Source: an uncultured delta proteobacterium (GTDB lineage Bacteria > Myxococcota_A > Polyangia > Polyangiales > B10-G4). Taken from it: a DNA stretch of 64,000 bases. The stretch covers positions 1,512,621-1,576,620 of the forward strand of contig CAVSGI010000010.1 of NCBI GenBank assembly GCA_963727445.1, in the 5' to 3' direction. Below are positions 9,829 through 19,622 of this stretch, piece after piece (the first letter of the stretch is position 1; every line of letters begins with the position of its first letter). The position numbers and the translations under genes are program-made. The notes below the pieces were generated by a model. The model saw nothing but the letters and a program-made list of their open reading frames with translations, was not told where the DNA came from and made no database searches.

Positions 9829-11142
9829 TCAGCTTCGCGGCGGGATGGCAAGGCCGTGGCGCAAGAGGAGCTTCGCGACAGGTGAGTCGGGGGCGGAGGC
9901 AGCATAGCCGAAAGTCTCTTCCGGGTCGTCCGGATCGCCGCCGAAGAGGGCATAGTGCATGGCTGTCCACCCCTGGTCGTCGACCGCGTCCAGCTCCGCA
10001 CCGTGTGTGAGCAGGAGCTCGAGCATCTCGAGATGTTTGCGCGAGGCGGCGACCATCGAGGGCGAGCGCCCATGGCGCTGATGGCTCGGGTCCGCTCCGC
10101 GGTCGAGCGCGAAGCGGGCGACGTCGATGCGCTTGGCGCGGACCGCGTCGTACAGAGCGCCGTTGGGATTCGGCTCGCGGTCGAACGCCCACTGAACGCT
10201 CGCGATCGGCGCGCCGTAGAGGATGGTCCGCTCCAACATACGCTCGGTACGAGCGCGCCTTTCCCAGAGCAGATCGGCCGTCTCGGTGTGTGCCCCGCGG
10301 AGCGCTTGGAACAGGGGGTCGGACTTCCTCTTCGGGCCGCGGAGCCGCGCGCCCGCGTCGAGCAGACGGCGCACGACGGCGGTCTGCCCGGTTCGGCTCG
10401 CCGCTGACAGCGCAGTCGTGTATCCGTGCGGGTCGGCGTCGTCTGGCGACGCGCCTTCGGACAGGAAGCGCTCGACGGCGGCGAGATCGCCATCGACCGC
10501 CGCATCGATGAGGCGCACGTGGCCGTGCCCGAGCAGCAGTGGGAGGGCCTCGGGCTGCGGATGGAGCGCCACCATCCGAGCCGTCACCGCATCTTTGGGA
10601 TCGACGCCCGGGTGCACCCAGTCGGCGCGAGCGCCAGCGGCGAGCAACCGCTCGGTGACCGCCAGGTTGCCCTTTCGCGCGACTGCGCTCTTCAGTGCCG
10701 GGTCGACCGCCATCTCCTCCGGCTTCTTGGCGAGGAGGAGCTCCACCAACTGAAGGTGCCCGTTGTACGCGGCAAGCGCCAGCGGGCAGAACCCGAAGGC
10801 CCCCGCCGGCCGGCGATACTCGTGCAGAAGCACCTCCGCCACCGCCAGGTGGTTGCTCTGCGCGGCGATCGAGAGCGGCAACACACCCGCGTATATCTTC
10901 TGGTGCGCGTTGGCGCCGTGCAGGAGCAGCAGCGCCGCGAGCTCTGGGTCGTCGTCGTTGGCGGCGAGGTGCAGGCCGCGGAACTGATTCGGGACGAAAC
11001 CCGGGGTCGAGAAAGGGCTTCGCGCTCGCCTCGAGCCGATGAGCACGTTCGGATTGGCGCCGAGGCGCAGGAGTCGCTCCGCCTCCTCGAGGTCATAGTC
11101 GAGGATGGCCTGCCGCAAGGCTTGGTCTTCGGCCTGGCCCAT
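9829..11142 (-). CDS. Ankyrin repeat protein
   Basis: Repeated LHLAA/PLALAA/TALSAAS...LL..GA motifs; GWTAMHYA. Confidence 0.9.
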   Translation of the reverse strand: MGQAEDQALRQAILDYDLEEAERLLRLGANPNVLIGSRRARSPFSTPGFVPNQFRGLHLAANDDDPELAALLLLHGANAHQKIYAGVLPLSIAAQSNHLAVAEVLLHEYRRPAGAFGFCPLALAAYNGHLQLVELLLAKKPEEMAVDPALKSAVARKGNLAVTERLLAAGARADWVHPGVDPKDAVTARMVALHPQPEALPLLLGHGHVRLIDAAVDGDLAAVERFLSEGASPDDADPHGYTTALSAASRTGQTAVVRRLLDAGARLRGPKRKSDPLFQALRGAHTETADLLWERRARTERMLERTILYGAPIASVQWAFDREPNPNGALYDAVRAKRIDVARFALDRGADPSHQRHGRSPSMVAASRKHLEMLELLLTHGAELDAVDDQGWTAMHYALFGGDPDDPEETFGYAASAPDSPVAKLLLRHGLAIPPRS

Positions 11143-11259
11143 TGCAAGGAGCCAGGATACTCCGCCCTCGCTTCGGCGCTCGTGGCCCCGTCTCTGGGCC
11201 GGCCGAGCGCTGCTCTCGTGCTATGCCGACCGAGGAGGCCCCGGCCGCGCCTGACTCGC

Positions 11260-12342
11260 ATGAGCCAAGACAGAAGCGCCCATACGTTGCTCGAAGAGAT
11301 CGCCACCGAGGTGGGCGGTGAAGTGAAGACCCTCGCGCAAAGGCCCGAAGCCGTGGTGCTCCGGCTCAGCGACGGCCGCGTGCCTCTGCTCGGGCGAGGC
11401 CTCGGGGCGACCGTGTCGGTGTGGTGTGCGAATGGCCAGAGCGCGACGTCGGCGCAGGGCCCGCTCGAGCCGCAGCGGATCGGCGCCTGGGTTACCGCGT
11501 GGGCCCAGCAGAAGTCGGTCTCGACGGTCACCATCCTCGAGCGGATGCTCGACGCGAGGGAGACTCTCGAGGCGGCGTTCGGTGAGCCCTTTGCAGCGCG
11601 CATCACCGCGTGCCCGAAGCCGACGGAGGCGTGGCTCCACCCGCCCGTCTTCGAGGCGGCTGCGGTGGGCGTGCTCGAAGGTCGCTATCGCGTGGTCGTC
11701 GATGGCTCGACCCGTCACGTCTCCGCCGGCTCGCGCTCCGAGCTGGTCGAGGGCCGCGCGACGCTCGTAGATTTGGTGCGGTCGCAGCGCGCGAGCTACG
11801 ACCGTCATCGCGCTCAAACCGACGCTCTGCGGGCCCTTGCTGATGGGCTGGTCACACGCCTCGCCGCGCGCTTCGAGGGTGCGTTCGCCGTCCACGTCGC
11901 CGGGCCGCCGGCTTCGCACATCGAGCCGTCGCGACTCAACGTCGCATACGACGGGCGGGTGATCGCAGAGCTCGACGTTCAGGGTGGTCGGTCCCACGTC
12001 GTCACCCAGCTTCGAGGAGAGACTGAGCACTCGGTGTTCGACGCCGACCTCGAAACTACGCTAGAGGCCATCGCCGCCGCGCTGCAGGCCGAGGCGACCC
12101 TCCTCACCCTCGACCGCCTCGAACCCGGCAAACGCTACCGCGTGCGCGCGTCCATCCAAGAGCTCGCCGAAGGCGTGATCGTCACCTATCGCGGGTTCGA
12201 CGACATCGACAACCACTACGGCAGCCACGACTTCATGTCGGCCGAGGGCAAGCTCGTCTCGGTGAAGGGTGACTACAGCGTTCCGCACCACCACCCATTC
12301 GCCGCGACCCACCACTATCTCGAAGCGATCGAAAGCTCGTAG
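11260..12342 (+). CDS. Hypothetical protein
   Basis: 3' part of ORF 10426-12342 is protein-like from MSQDRS; the upstream part is a shadow of the ankyrin gene. Confidence 0.65.
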   Translation: MSQDRSAHTLLEEIATEVGGEVKTLAQRPEAVVLRLSDGRVPLLGRGLGATVSVWCANGQSATSAQGPLEPQRIGAWVTAWAQQKSVSTVTILERMLDARETLEAAFGEPFAARITACPKPTEAWLHPPVFEAAAVGVLEGRYRVVVDGSTRHVSAGSRSELVEGRATLVDLVRSQRASYDRHRAQTDALRALADGLVTRLAARFEGAFAVHVAGPPASHIEPSRLNVAYDGRVIAELDVQGGRSHVVTQLRGETEHSVFDADLETTLEAIAAALQAEATLLTLDRLEPGKRYRVRASIQELAEGVIVTYRGFDDIDNHYGSHDFMSAEGKLVSVKGDYSVPHHHPFAATHHYLEAIESS

Positions 12343-12360
12343 CGCTCAGCGGTCGAGTGC

Positions 12361-12597
12361 ACCACGCACAGGGGACGCTAGATTGACAATTGACTTCTGC
12401 CTTCGGGACCACCACGCACAGGGGACGCTAGATTGACAATTGACTTCTGCCTTCGGGACCACCGCCCGGAAGTCAATTGTCAATCTAGCGTCCCCTCAGC
12501 ACGAGTACGGCTACACGCACAGGGGACGCTAGATTGACAATTGACTTCTGCCTTCGGGACCACCGCCCGGAAGTCAATTGTCAATCTAGCGTCCCCT
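12361..12597. repeat. REP/MITE-like cluster: one left-arm copy plus two 77-bp hairpin elements (12420-12496, 12521-12597)
   Basis: 28-bp perfect inverted arms AGGGGACGCTAGATTGACAATTGACTTC with 21-nt spacer; 50-bp tandem duplication 12361-12410/12411-12460; lies between convergent genes. Confidence 0.9.
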
Positions 12598-13169
12598 CAG
12601 TGGAGCTCGCGGGTGAAGAGCTCTTCCAGGCGCTGGATGAAGTCGGCGACATCGAGGATCACTTCGGCGTCCACGGGCTCGGCGAGATGAACGCCCGTCG
12701 AGATCTGGTCGGACTCGACGCGGATGTAACTGAGCCCGAGCGAGCGCATCGTCTCGAGGATCTTGGCGTTGACGCGCAGCTCCCACCCTTCGAGGGTCGC
12801 GTTCGGATGGCCGTCGATGATCAGGCCGCCCCCCTCGGCCGGCACCACCGTGCGGCTCATGTACGGCTCCCGTGCACGGCCCGCGAGGGGCGCGCTGAGG
12901 AGGGTTGCGATCGGCGAGAGCGTCGTCGTGGACATGCGCCGCACACGAACCGTTCGGTCAGCGACGAGAACATCGGTGCGTCGATCCGTTGGCAGCGCGA
13001 AAAACCACCAGCGTGCCGAACCGTCCTCGATGAGGGAGGGCTTCGCCGCCGCCAGATCCGCCGCGAGGCGAATTGCCAAAGCATCGTCGGGCGGGGGCGG
13101 GTTCGAGACGTAGATCAGCCAGCTCATGAGAGCGGCGAAGGTGACGAAGGCGAGGACTCCCCAGATCAT
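12597..13169 (-). CDS. Hypothetical membrane-anchored protein
   Basis: N-terminal TM helix MIWGVLAFVTFAALMSWLIYV; start uncertain. Confidence 0.6.
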   Translation of the reverse strand: MIWGVLAFVTFAALMSWLIYVSNPPPPDDALAIRLAADLAAAKPSLIEDGSARWWFFALPTDRRTDVLVADRTVRVRRMSTTTLSPIATLLSAPLAGRAREPYMSRTVVPAEGGGLIIDGHPNATLEGWELRVNAKILETMRSLGLSYIRVESDQISTGVHLAEPVDAEVILDVADFIQRLEELFTRELH

Positions 13170-13241
13170 GGTGGTGGTGACTCGCTTCACTTTGGCACGA
13201 GTCGGCGTTTCGATCAGCTTCCCACCCGCTATCATCTACCG

Positions 13242-13547
13242 GTGGCCCCACGGACGCCCGAAACCCTCACCGAGTTCATCAAGCGCCTGACCCAGGCGAT
13301 CGAAGAGGAGCGCGACGAGGTGCGTTTCGGGCAACACCACTTCAGCCACGCCATCTGCATGGAGGACGGCCGCTTCCGAGTCCGCCGTCTAGAGTCGACT
13401 CCGGAGGAGGTAGAGGCCTTCCGGAAAGAGCACGGCTACTTCATGCCGGAGAATCTGGAAGAGATCAGCAAGCCCGGAGAGCTGGTGCACGAGGCAGAGA
13501 ACCTCGTCAATCTGCAGGCATGGCTGACCTCTCGCTGGCCGCTCTGA
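13242..13547 (+). CDS. Hypothetical protein
   Basis: TATCAT 6 nt before GTG; typical codon use. Confidence 0.6.
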   Translation: MAPRTPETLTEFIKRLTQAIEEERDEVRFGQHHFSHAICMEDGRFRVRRLESTPEEVEAFRKEHGYFMPENLEEISKPGELVHEAENLVNLQAWLTSRWPL

Positions 13548-13583
13548 CCGGCGCGCCGCGTCGCTGGTAGAATCGCGGGCGAA

Positions 13584-14426
13584 GTGTCGACCGCCGATTC
13601 GAGTTCCCGATCCCCCGGCCGCTACGATCCGACCATGCGCGTGCGTCGGATGGACTTCGCGTTCCCGCACGAGGACGCACACACCTGGACGCAGGACGAC
13701 GCGGTATTGAAGTGTCTCCTCGGCGCCCTCTCGGTCGCGTTCCCGCCGGGCGAGCGCTTCTTCATCGAGTCCGTGCGTCACTTCCTTCCGGGGATCGAGG
13801 ACGACACGCTCCGCGCGCAGATCAAGTCCTTCATCGGCCAGGAAGCCAACCACACGAAGGAACACCTGGTCTTCAACGAGTTCCTCGAGCGCGCCGGCTT
13901 CCCCGCGAAGAAGATGGAGGCCTGGGTCACGCGCCGCATCGATCGCATCAAGTCGATGTCGCGCCCCGAGGCCAACCTCGCGCGTACCGCCGCCCTCGAG
14001 CACTTCACGGCGATCCTGGCGAGCGTCTTCCTCGAAAACCCCGAGCTCCTCGACCGGCTCACGCCCGAGGAAGCACGGCTCTGGGCGTGGCACGCGATCG
14101 AGGAGATCGAGCACCGATCCGTCGCCTTCGACGTGTTCGAACAGGCGGTGGATGACGAACGGCTCCGCATCCTCGCCATCAAGGCGGTCACCGGCATCTT
14201 CGTGACCCTCGTCTCCTTCCGGACCCTGCTCTTCATGCACGCTGCCGGCCGCCTCTTCGACACGCGCGCCGCGCTTCAAGGCTTCGACCTCCTCTGGGGA
14301 CGCGCGGGGCTGCTCCGCAAGGTACTCCCCCACTACCTCGCGTATTACCGCCCGGACTTCCATCCATCGCAGTACGACAACGAGCGCTTCGTCGAACGGG
14401 CGAAGGCGCGCTACGCGATCGAATGA
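13584..14426 (+). CDS. Predicted metal-dependent hydrolase (PF10118-like)
   Basis: FPPGERFFI, FIGQEANH, LEHFTA, WHAIEEIEHRSVAFD, RPDFHP. Confidence 0.9.
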   Translation: MSTADSSSRSPGRYDPTMRVRRMDFAFPHEDAHTWTQDDAVLKCLLGALSVAFPPGERFFIESVRHFLPGIEDDTLRAQIKSFIGQEANHTKEHLVFNEFLERAGFPAKKMEAWVTRRIDRIKSMSRPEANLARTAALEHFTAILASVFLENPELLDRLTPEEARLWAWHAIEEIEHRSVAFDVFEQAVDDERLRILAIKAVTGIFVTLVSFRTLLFMHAAGRLFDTRAALQGFDLLWGRAGLLRKVLPHYLAYYRPDFHPSQYDNERFVERAKARYAIE

Positions 14427-15097
14427 ACGTCGTCATCTTCGGAGCGAGCGGACTCATCGGCCAGGGTGTGCTTCTGGAATCGCTGGACCATCACACCATC
14501 GAGCGGGTGGTGACCGTCGGCCGCCGCCCCAGCGAGATCGCGCACGACAAGCTCGAACACGTCGTTCACTCGGACTTCATGGACCTCTCCCCCATCGCCG
14601 ACCGGCTCGAGGGACTCGACGCGTGCTTCTGGTGCCTCGGCGTCTCCTCGGCGGGCATGAGCGAAGCCGACTACGCCCGCGTGACCTACGACTACACGGT
14701 CGCCGCCGGCGACCTGCTCCACGAGAAGAACCCGGACCTCTGTTTCTGTTTCGTCTCCGGCGCCGGCACCGACGACACGGAGAAGGGCCGGACCATGTGG
14801 GCGCGCGTCAAAGGCAAGGCCGAGAACTACGTGAAGCGCACCTTCGAAAAGAGCTACCTCTTCCGCCCCGGCTACATCCGGCCGATGCGCGGCGCGCGCT
14901 CGCGGACCATGCTCTATCGCGCGGCGAGTCCGCTGCTCTTCGCCGTGAACCCACTCCTCCGCGCCACCAACATGGCGACGTCGACGGTGGAGATGGGCAA
15001 GGCGATGATCGCCGCCGCGAGCGGCCTCGGCGAAAAGCAGATCCTCGACTCGAAGGACATCAATGCCCTCGCCGCGAAGCTCGACGACAGCGCCTGA
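14423..15097 (+). CDS. NAD(P)-binding epimerase/oxidoreductase (atypical SDR)
   Basis: GASGLIG Rossmann motif, ACFWCLG, MWARVKGKAE. Confidence 0.85.
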   Translation: MNVVIFGASGLIGQGVLLESLDHHTIERVVTVGRRPSEIAHDKLEHVVHSDFMDLSPIADRLEGLDACFWCLGVSSAGMSEADYARVTYDYTVAAGDLLHEKNPDLCFCFVSGAGTDDTEKGRTMWARVKGKAENYVKRTFEKSYLFRPGYIRPMRGARSRTMLYRAASPLLFAVNPLLRATNMATSTVEMGKAMIAAASGLGEKQILDSKDINALAAKLDDSA

Positions 15098-15142
15098 GAG
15101 GCCCCACGAGTGCGCCGCGTCAACGCGTGCTAGACCTCCGAG

Positions 15143-15604
15143 GTGAGCGCGCGCGCCGAGTGGGAGAAGCACCCCAACATCCACGGGATGGCGGGGTTCT
15201 TGCTGCACATCCACGACTCCTTCCGGCGCACCTCCGCCGAGCTCGTCACCCTCTCTGGCGCCGGGGCCGACGCCCTGCCGCGCATGCGGCGCCTGTTCAG
15301 CCCGCTCCTTCACACACTCCACCACCATCATCTGATCGAAGAGCAGTCGCTCTTTCCGCTGGTGCGCACACAGACGGGCGACCATCCCGCGCTCCTGGTC
15401 GAGGAGCACGGCACGATGATGAGCCGCCTGGGCGAGGTCGCCGAGGCCCTGAAGAACGACGACGTGGACGAGATCGCGCGGCTCATGCGCCTCCTCGACG
15501 AGGAGCTCGTCGCGCATCTCGCGGCCGAGGAAGCGATCGCCATCCCGGTGCTCCTCGAGCTCACCCACGCGGAGGCGACGCGCCTCCTCTACGGCATCAC
15601 CTGA
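15143..15604 (+). CDS. Hemerythrin-domain protein
   Basis: H...HHLIEEQSLFP...EEH...HLAAEE. Confidence 0.8.
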   Translation: MSARAEWEKHPNIHGMAGFLLHIHDSFRRTSAELVTLSGAGADALPRMRRLFSPLLHTLHHHHLIEEQSLFPLVRTQTGDHPALLVEEHGTMMSRLGEVAEALKNDDVDEIARLMRLLDEELVAHLAAEEAIAIPVLLELTHAEATRLLYGIT

Positions 15605-15617
15605 GAGCCAGCGGGCG

Positions 15618-16580
15618 ATGAAGGCACTCCTCGTCGGCGCGGGCGCGGTCGGTCAGGTCTACGCGCGTCATCTCGCGCTCGCCGGCGTCGACGTCTCTTT
15701 CCTCGTCAAACCCAAGCACGCGGAAGAGGCGCGCCGCGGCTTCACCATGTACCCGCTGAGGAAGCGCGACCGATACGACCCGGTGGAGCTCCGCGTGAAG
15801 CAGGTGCTCACCAGCCTGGACGAGGCCGGGGCAGCGCGGTGGGATCAGGTGTGGCTCTGCCTTCCGACGGACGCGATCGAGGCGGAGGGTTATCTGTCGT
15901 CGCTCGCCGCTGCGATCGGAGAGGCGACCCTCGTGTACCTGCAGCCAGGCGGGCACGTCCCGGCGCGAATGCGGGCGCACTTTGCCGAGGCGCGCCTCGT
16001 CGCGGGCGCGATCGGCATGGTGTCCTACTACGCGCCTCTCGGCGACGAGGAGGTGCCAAAGCCCGGGGTGGCCTACGCCTTTCCCCTCGGCAGCAAGACG
16101 CAGTTCAGCGGCGCGCGGGCGCACGAGGCGGCGGATCCCCTTCGACGCGGCGGCTGCCCAGCCAAAGTGGTGCGCGACGCGCGGGTGATGCTCTCGAAGA
16201 CCGGGGCGATCATCCAACCCTTCGTCGTCTCTCTCGAAGGCGCCGGCTGGCGCTTCGCCGCGCTGTCGAAGAGCGCCCTGTTGCCGATCGCGCTCCGCGC
16301 GATGCGCCAGACCCTGCCCATCGCGGCCGCTCTCGGTGGCTACCGTGCCCCCGCCGCCCGTTTGCTGATCCGGCCTTTCGTCGCCCGCATCGCCCTGAAG
16401 ATCGCGCCGTTCCTCGCGACCTTCGACTTCGAGCGCTATCTCCAGGTGCATTTCAGCAAGGTCGGCGCGCAGACGCGCCTCCTGCTCCCGAGCTACGTCA
16501 GCGAGGGCAAGCGCCTGGGCCTGCCGGCCGACGCCGTAACGCAACTGGCCGAGGCGGTCTTCGGCGCCGGAGAGGGTTAG
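15618..16580 (+). CDS. Ketopantoate reductase (PanE/ApbA) family protein
   Basis: LLVGAGAVG Rossmann start, LQPG motif. Confidence 0.7.
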   Translation: MKALLVGAGAVGQVYARHLALAGVDVSFLVKPKHAEEARRGFTMYPLRKRDRYDPVELRVKQVLTSLDEAGAARWDQVWLCLPTDAIEAEGYLSSLAAAIGEATLVYLQPGGHVPARMRAHFAEARLVAGAIGMVSYYAPLGDEEVPKPGVAYAFPLGSKTQFSGARAHEAADPLRRGGCPAKVVRDARVMLSKTGAIIQPFVVSLEGAGWRFAALSKSALLPIALRAMRQTLPIAAALGGYRAPAARLLIRPFVARIALKIAPFLATFDFERYLQVHFSKVGAQTRLLLPSYVSEGKRLGLPADAVTQLAEAVFGAGEG

Positions 16581-16614
16581 ACGCGCGCGCGGATCAGGCA
16601 CTAACCTCCCGCGC

Positions 16615-17208
16615 ATGAAGCAGCTCCATCGCAACGATCTCTTCGGCTGGTCGGTCTTCGACGAGGCGCGAAACCTCGACTTTCACGGAACGTACTGGGC
16701 GAAGCACGGCGGTGTGCTCGTCGATCCGGTGGCGATGAGCGAACACGATCGCGACCACGTGAAGTCCCTCGGCGGTGCGACCACCATCGTCGTCACGAAC
16801 TCCGACCACCTCCGCGCCGCACGCGAGCTGACCGAGGTCTTCGGCGCGTCGATCGCGGGGCCGCGCGCGGAGAAAGACGCGCGCCAGCTCGCGGGTGCGC
16901 GGCTCCTCGCCGACGGAGACGAGGTCGTGCCCGGCCTGGTGGCCATCGAGCTCCACGGCTCCAAGACCCCCGGCGAGCTCGCCCTCGTCCTCGAGGGCTC
17001 GACGCTCATCACGGGTGATCTGGTCCGGGGGCACGTCGGGGGTCGCCTCGCCATCCTGCCGGAGCCCAAGCTCCGAGACCCCGCCGCGGCCCGCGCCTCG
17101 ATCGCACGCCTCGCGGAGCTCGAGGGCATCGAGGCGGTCATCGTGGGCGACGGCTGGCACGTCTTCACGGATGGCGGCACGGCGCTCCGCGCGCTCGTCC
17201 CGCGCTGA
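16615..17208 (+). CDS. MBL-fold metallo-hydrolase-like protein
   Basis: VLVDP, TNSDH, KTPGE, LITGD; metal ligands are degenerate. Confidence 0.7.
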   Translation: MKQLHRNDLFGWSVFDEARNLDFHGTYWAKHGGVLVDPVAMSEHDRDHVKSLGGATTIVVTNSDHLRAARELTEVFGASIAGPRAEKDARQLAGARLLADGDEVVPGLVAIELHGSKTPGELALVLEGSTLITGDLVRGHVGGRLAILPEPKLRDPAAARASIARLAELEGIEAVIVGDGWHVFTDGGTALRALVPR

Positions 17209-17250
17209 GGGCGGCTGGGCTCTCCCTCCCCCGAGGCTTATGCTCGCACC

Positions 17251-17751
17251 ATGAACTGCGAGCACTGTGGCCGGAACCTCACCGCCGACGAGATGCGCGG
17301 TGAGTCCTGTCGCTACTGCGGCACCGTGCTGCCTCATCGTGCGCGCGCCATGGAGAAGGCGGCGGTGGTGAAAGAGATCCTCGCCGACGCCGATGGCGAC
17401 GGGATCCCCGACATCATGCAGCAGCTCGGCAGCGCTGGCGGCGGCGCGCAGGTGCTGTCGAGCGGCGTGGTCGTGACCAGCAGCACCACCACCACCGCCA
17501 CGGTGACGAGCGGCGGCTCCGTGCGCCAGCTCTCGGACGAGGAGGCGAATCGGATGCTCGCGGAATTCGGTTTCAGCGGCCCGGTGGGCGCGTCCAACAC
17601 CATCGGCGTCGGCTCGGCGGTCCTCGTCACCTGGGCCGATGGCAACCGCTACCCGGGACAGGTGGTCGGCGTGCGCGAAGGCGAATTCGAAGTGCGATTC
17701 GGCGACGGTCGCGTCCTGTGGGTGGGCGCGACGTACGTAGCGCGTAGCTAG
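17251..17751 (+). CDS. Zinc-ribbon plus Tudor/Agenet-like domain protein
   Basis: CEHC...CRYC N-terminus; VLVTWADGNRYPGQV...VRFGDG C-terminus. Confidence 0.7.
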   Translation: MNCEHCGRNLTADEMRGESCRYCGTVLPHRARAMEKAAVVKEILADADGDGIPDIMQQLGSAGGGAQVLSSGVVVTSSTTTTATVTSGGSVRQLSDEEANRMLAEFGFSGPVGASNTIGVGSAVLVTWADGNRYPGQVVGVREGEFEVRFGDGRVLWVGATYVARS

Positions 17752-17757
17752 CGATAG

Positions 17758-19029
17758 CTAAGGCACGTCCGACGCGAGGCGGGTCATGTCGGCGCGGGTC
17801 GTGCCGGCGGGGAAGCGGGCGAGGTAGCGCTCCGCGACGGCGCGGGTGTCGGCGCGACGGCCGAGCGCTTCGAGGGCGCGGGCCCGCAGCGCCAGGCCGC
17901 GCTCTTCGAAGGGCGAGCCTTCGCCGTCGACGGAGGCTGCGTCGAGGGACGCGAGGGCGCCGGCCGGGTCGGAGAGATCCGCGAAGCGTATCGAGGCGGC
18001 GCGGAAGCCGGCGCCGACGTGTGCGGCGCCTGGTGACACGGCGACGCGATCGTAGACGGGCGCCGCTTCGGCGAAGCGCCTGAGGGCGCGGAGCGCATCC
18101 GCTTCGACGAGGCGATAGGCGAGGTCGCCCGGGCGCTCGGCGAGCGCGCGCCGCGCGGCGAGGAGGGCGGCTTCGGGATTGCCCGCAGCGATCATCGCCT
18201 GGGCTCGTTCCACCGTCGGAGGCGACTCGCGACGCGGGGTGGGAATCGGGGCGGTCACCGCCGGCTCCGCAAGCGCCACGACAGGCTCCGCCGGAGCCGC
18301 TTCCTCCGGGCGCGGCGCGACGGACGCACGCGCCTCGGCGGCGCGACGGCCGCGCGCGGACAGACGCGCATCCGGCCCGAAGTCCGTGCCGCTGCTCCAC
18401 GACTCGCCCTGCGTCAACAGCCGCGGCGCCGCGCCGGCCTCGCCGTCGCGCAGCACCTCGACGCGTCCTTCGTAAACGCGCACCGTCGTGCCGTCCTCGC
18501 GCGCGTCCACAGAGAAGATGGTGCCGAGGACGCGCACCCGGAGATCCCGCGTCTCGACCTCGAAGGTGGCGCCGTCGCCGAGTCGGGCGACGTCGAAGAG
18601 CATCGCGCCGCGGCTCAGGCTGACGCGTCGCTCGGTGTCCGTCATCGACAGCAGCTCGAAGCGGCTGCCTTCGACGGCGGTGATCCGGTCGCCGCTCGGA
18701 AGCGCGAGCTCCATCGGGTCGGCGTGCGCCGGCACCGTTTCGCCCGCCGCGCTCTCGGGCGCCGCCGGCGGAGCGGCGGCCTGCCCGGCGCTATCGCCCG
18801 AAGTCACCCACGCGAGCGTCACGAGCGCCGCGAGCGCCGCCGCGGTCGCCGCGCTCGTCGCCATCACCCAGCGCTGGCGCCGTCTCGCTCCACGGGCCCG
18901 CGCCCCGAGGGTCGCCTGGCGGATCATGCGGCGCGCGTCGGTGTCGTCGAGCGCCTCGGCTTCCGTCTCGCGCGCCAGCGCTGTCAGGGCTCCGAGGGTG
19001 CGCTCCTCGCGTTCGGAGAGCGGCTTCAC
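17758..19029 (-). CDS. FecR-domain anti-sigma factor with C-terminal TPR
   Basis: TM helix, VRVLGTIFSV...VYEGRVEV FecR motif, YLARFPAG TPR end; overlaps the sigma gene. Confidence 0.85.
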   Translation of the reverse strand: MKPLSEREERTLGALTALARETEAEALDDTDARRMIRQATLGARARGARRRQRWVMATSAATAAALAALVTLAWVTSGDSAGQAAAPPAAPESAAGETVPAHADPMELALPSGDRITAVEGSRFELLSMTDTERRVSLSRGAMLFDVARLGDGATFEVETRDLRVRVLGTIFSVDAREDGTTVRVYEGRVEVLRDGEAGAAPRLLTQGESWSSGTDFGPDARLSARGRRAAEARASVAPRPEEAAPAEPVVALAEPAVTAPIPTPRRESPPTVERAQAMIAAGNPEAALLAARRALAERPGDLAYRLVEADALRALRRFAEAAPVYDRVAVSPGAAHVGAGFRAASIRFADLSDPAGALASLDAASVDGEGSPFEERGLALRARALEALGRRADTRAVAERYLARFPAGTTRADMTRLASDVP

Positions 19030-19622
19030 GACGGCACCTCTTCGCCCAGGAGCGCAGACACGTATGGGTCGGCGCTCAGCATCCGCGCGACCTCGCGGCG
19101 AGCGTGCATCAAGCGTGACCGCATGGCGCTGGCGCGCGTGCCCACGACCATCGCGGCCTCGAGCGGGCTCAGGCCTTCGATGGCGCAGAGCACGAACGCG
19201 ACGCGGCGCTTCTTCGGCAGCTTGTCGAGGCAGCGATAGAGCCGGCGCAGCGCCTCGCGGCTCATGGCGCGTGACTCGGGATCGATCGTGTCCGGCGGCG
19301 GCGGCACCAGCTCGATCGAGGTCTCGCGCGGCGCGCGCCGGAAGTAGCGATACGCGACCCGGAGCGCGATCTTGCGCGCAAAGGTCTCGAGCGATGCGCG
19401 CCCCTCGTAGCGCGGAAGCGCATCTGCGATCGCGAAGAGCGCGTCCTGCACCGCGTCGTCGAGGTCGGCGCGCGGGCCGAGGAGGCGGTGCAGGAGCCGA
19501 CGAACACCGGGCATGAGCTCGGCGAGCACCTCCTCGACCACTTCGCGCTCCCCGGCGCGAATGGCTTCGTGGCGTGGGTCGACCACGGCGGGTGCGACCA
19601 GTCGCAGCACCGCAGCGATCAT
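19026..19622 (-). CDS. ECF RNA polymerase sigma factor
   Basis: DLDDAVQD region 2, LPKKRRVAFVL..IEGLS...RSRLMHAR region 4. Confidence 0.9.
   Translation of the reverse strand: MIAAVLRLVAPAVVDPRHEAIRAGEREVVEEVLAELMPGVRRLLHRLLGPRADLDDAVQDALFAIADALPRYEGRASLETFARKIALRVAYRYFRRAPRETSIELVPPPPDTIDPESRAMSREALRRLYRCLDKLPKKRRVAFVLCAIEGLSPLEAAMVVGTRASAMRSRLMHARREVARMLSADPYVSALLGEEVPS

Noticed and set aside
12361..12597. CRISPR array
   Set aside because: Spacers are identical, repeats alternate in orientation and no cas genes are present; same for 48926-49068 and 55860-56009
12534..13241. N-terminal extension containing the EVNCQSSVP peptide
   Set aside because: Translation of the hairpin repeat and the antisense strand of a neighbouring gene
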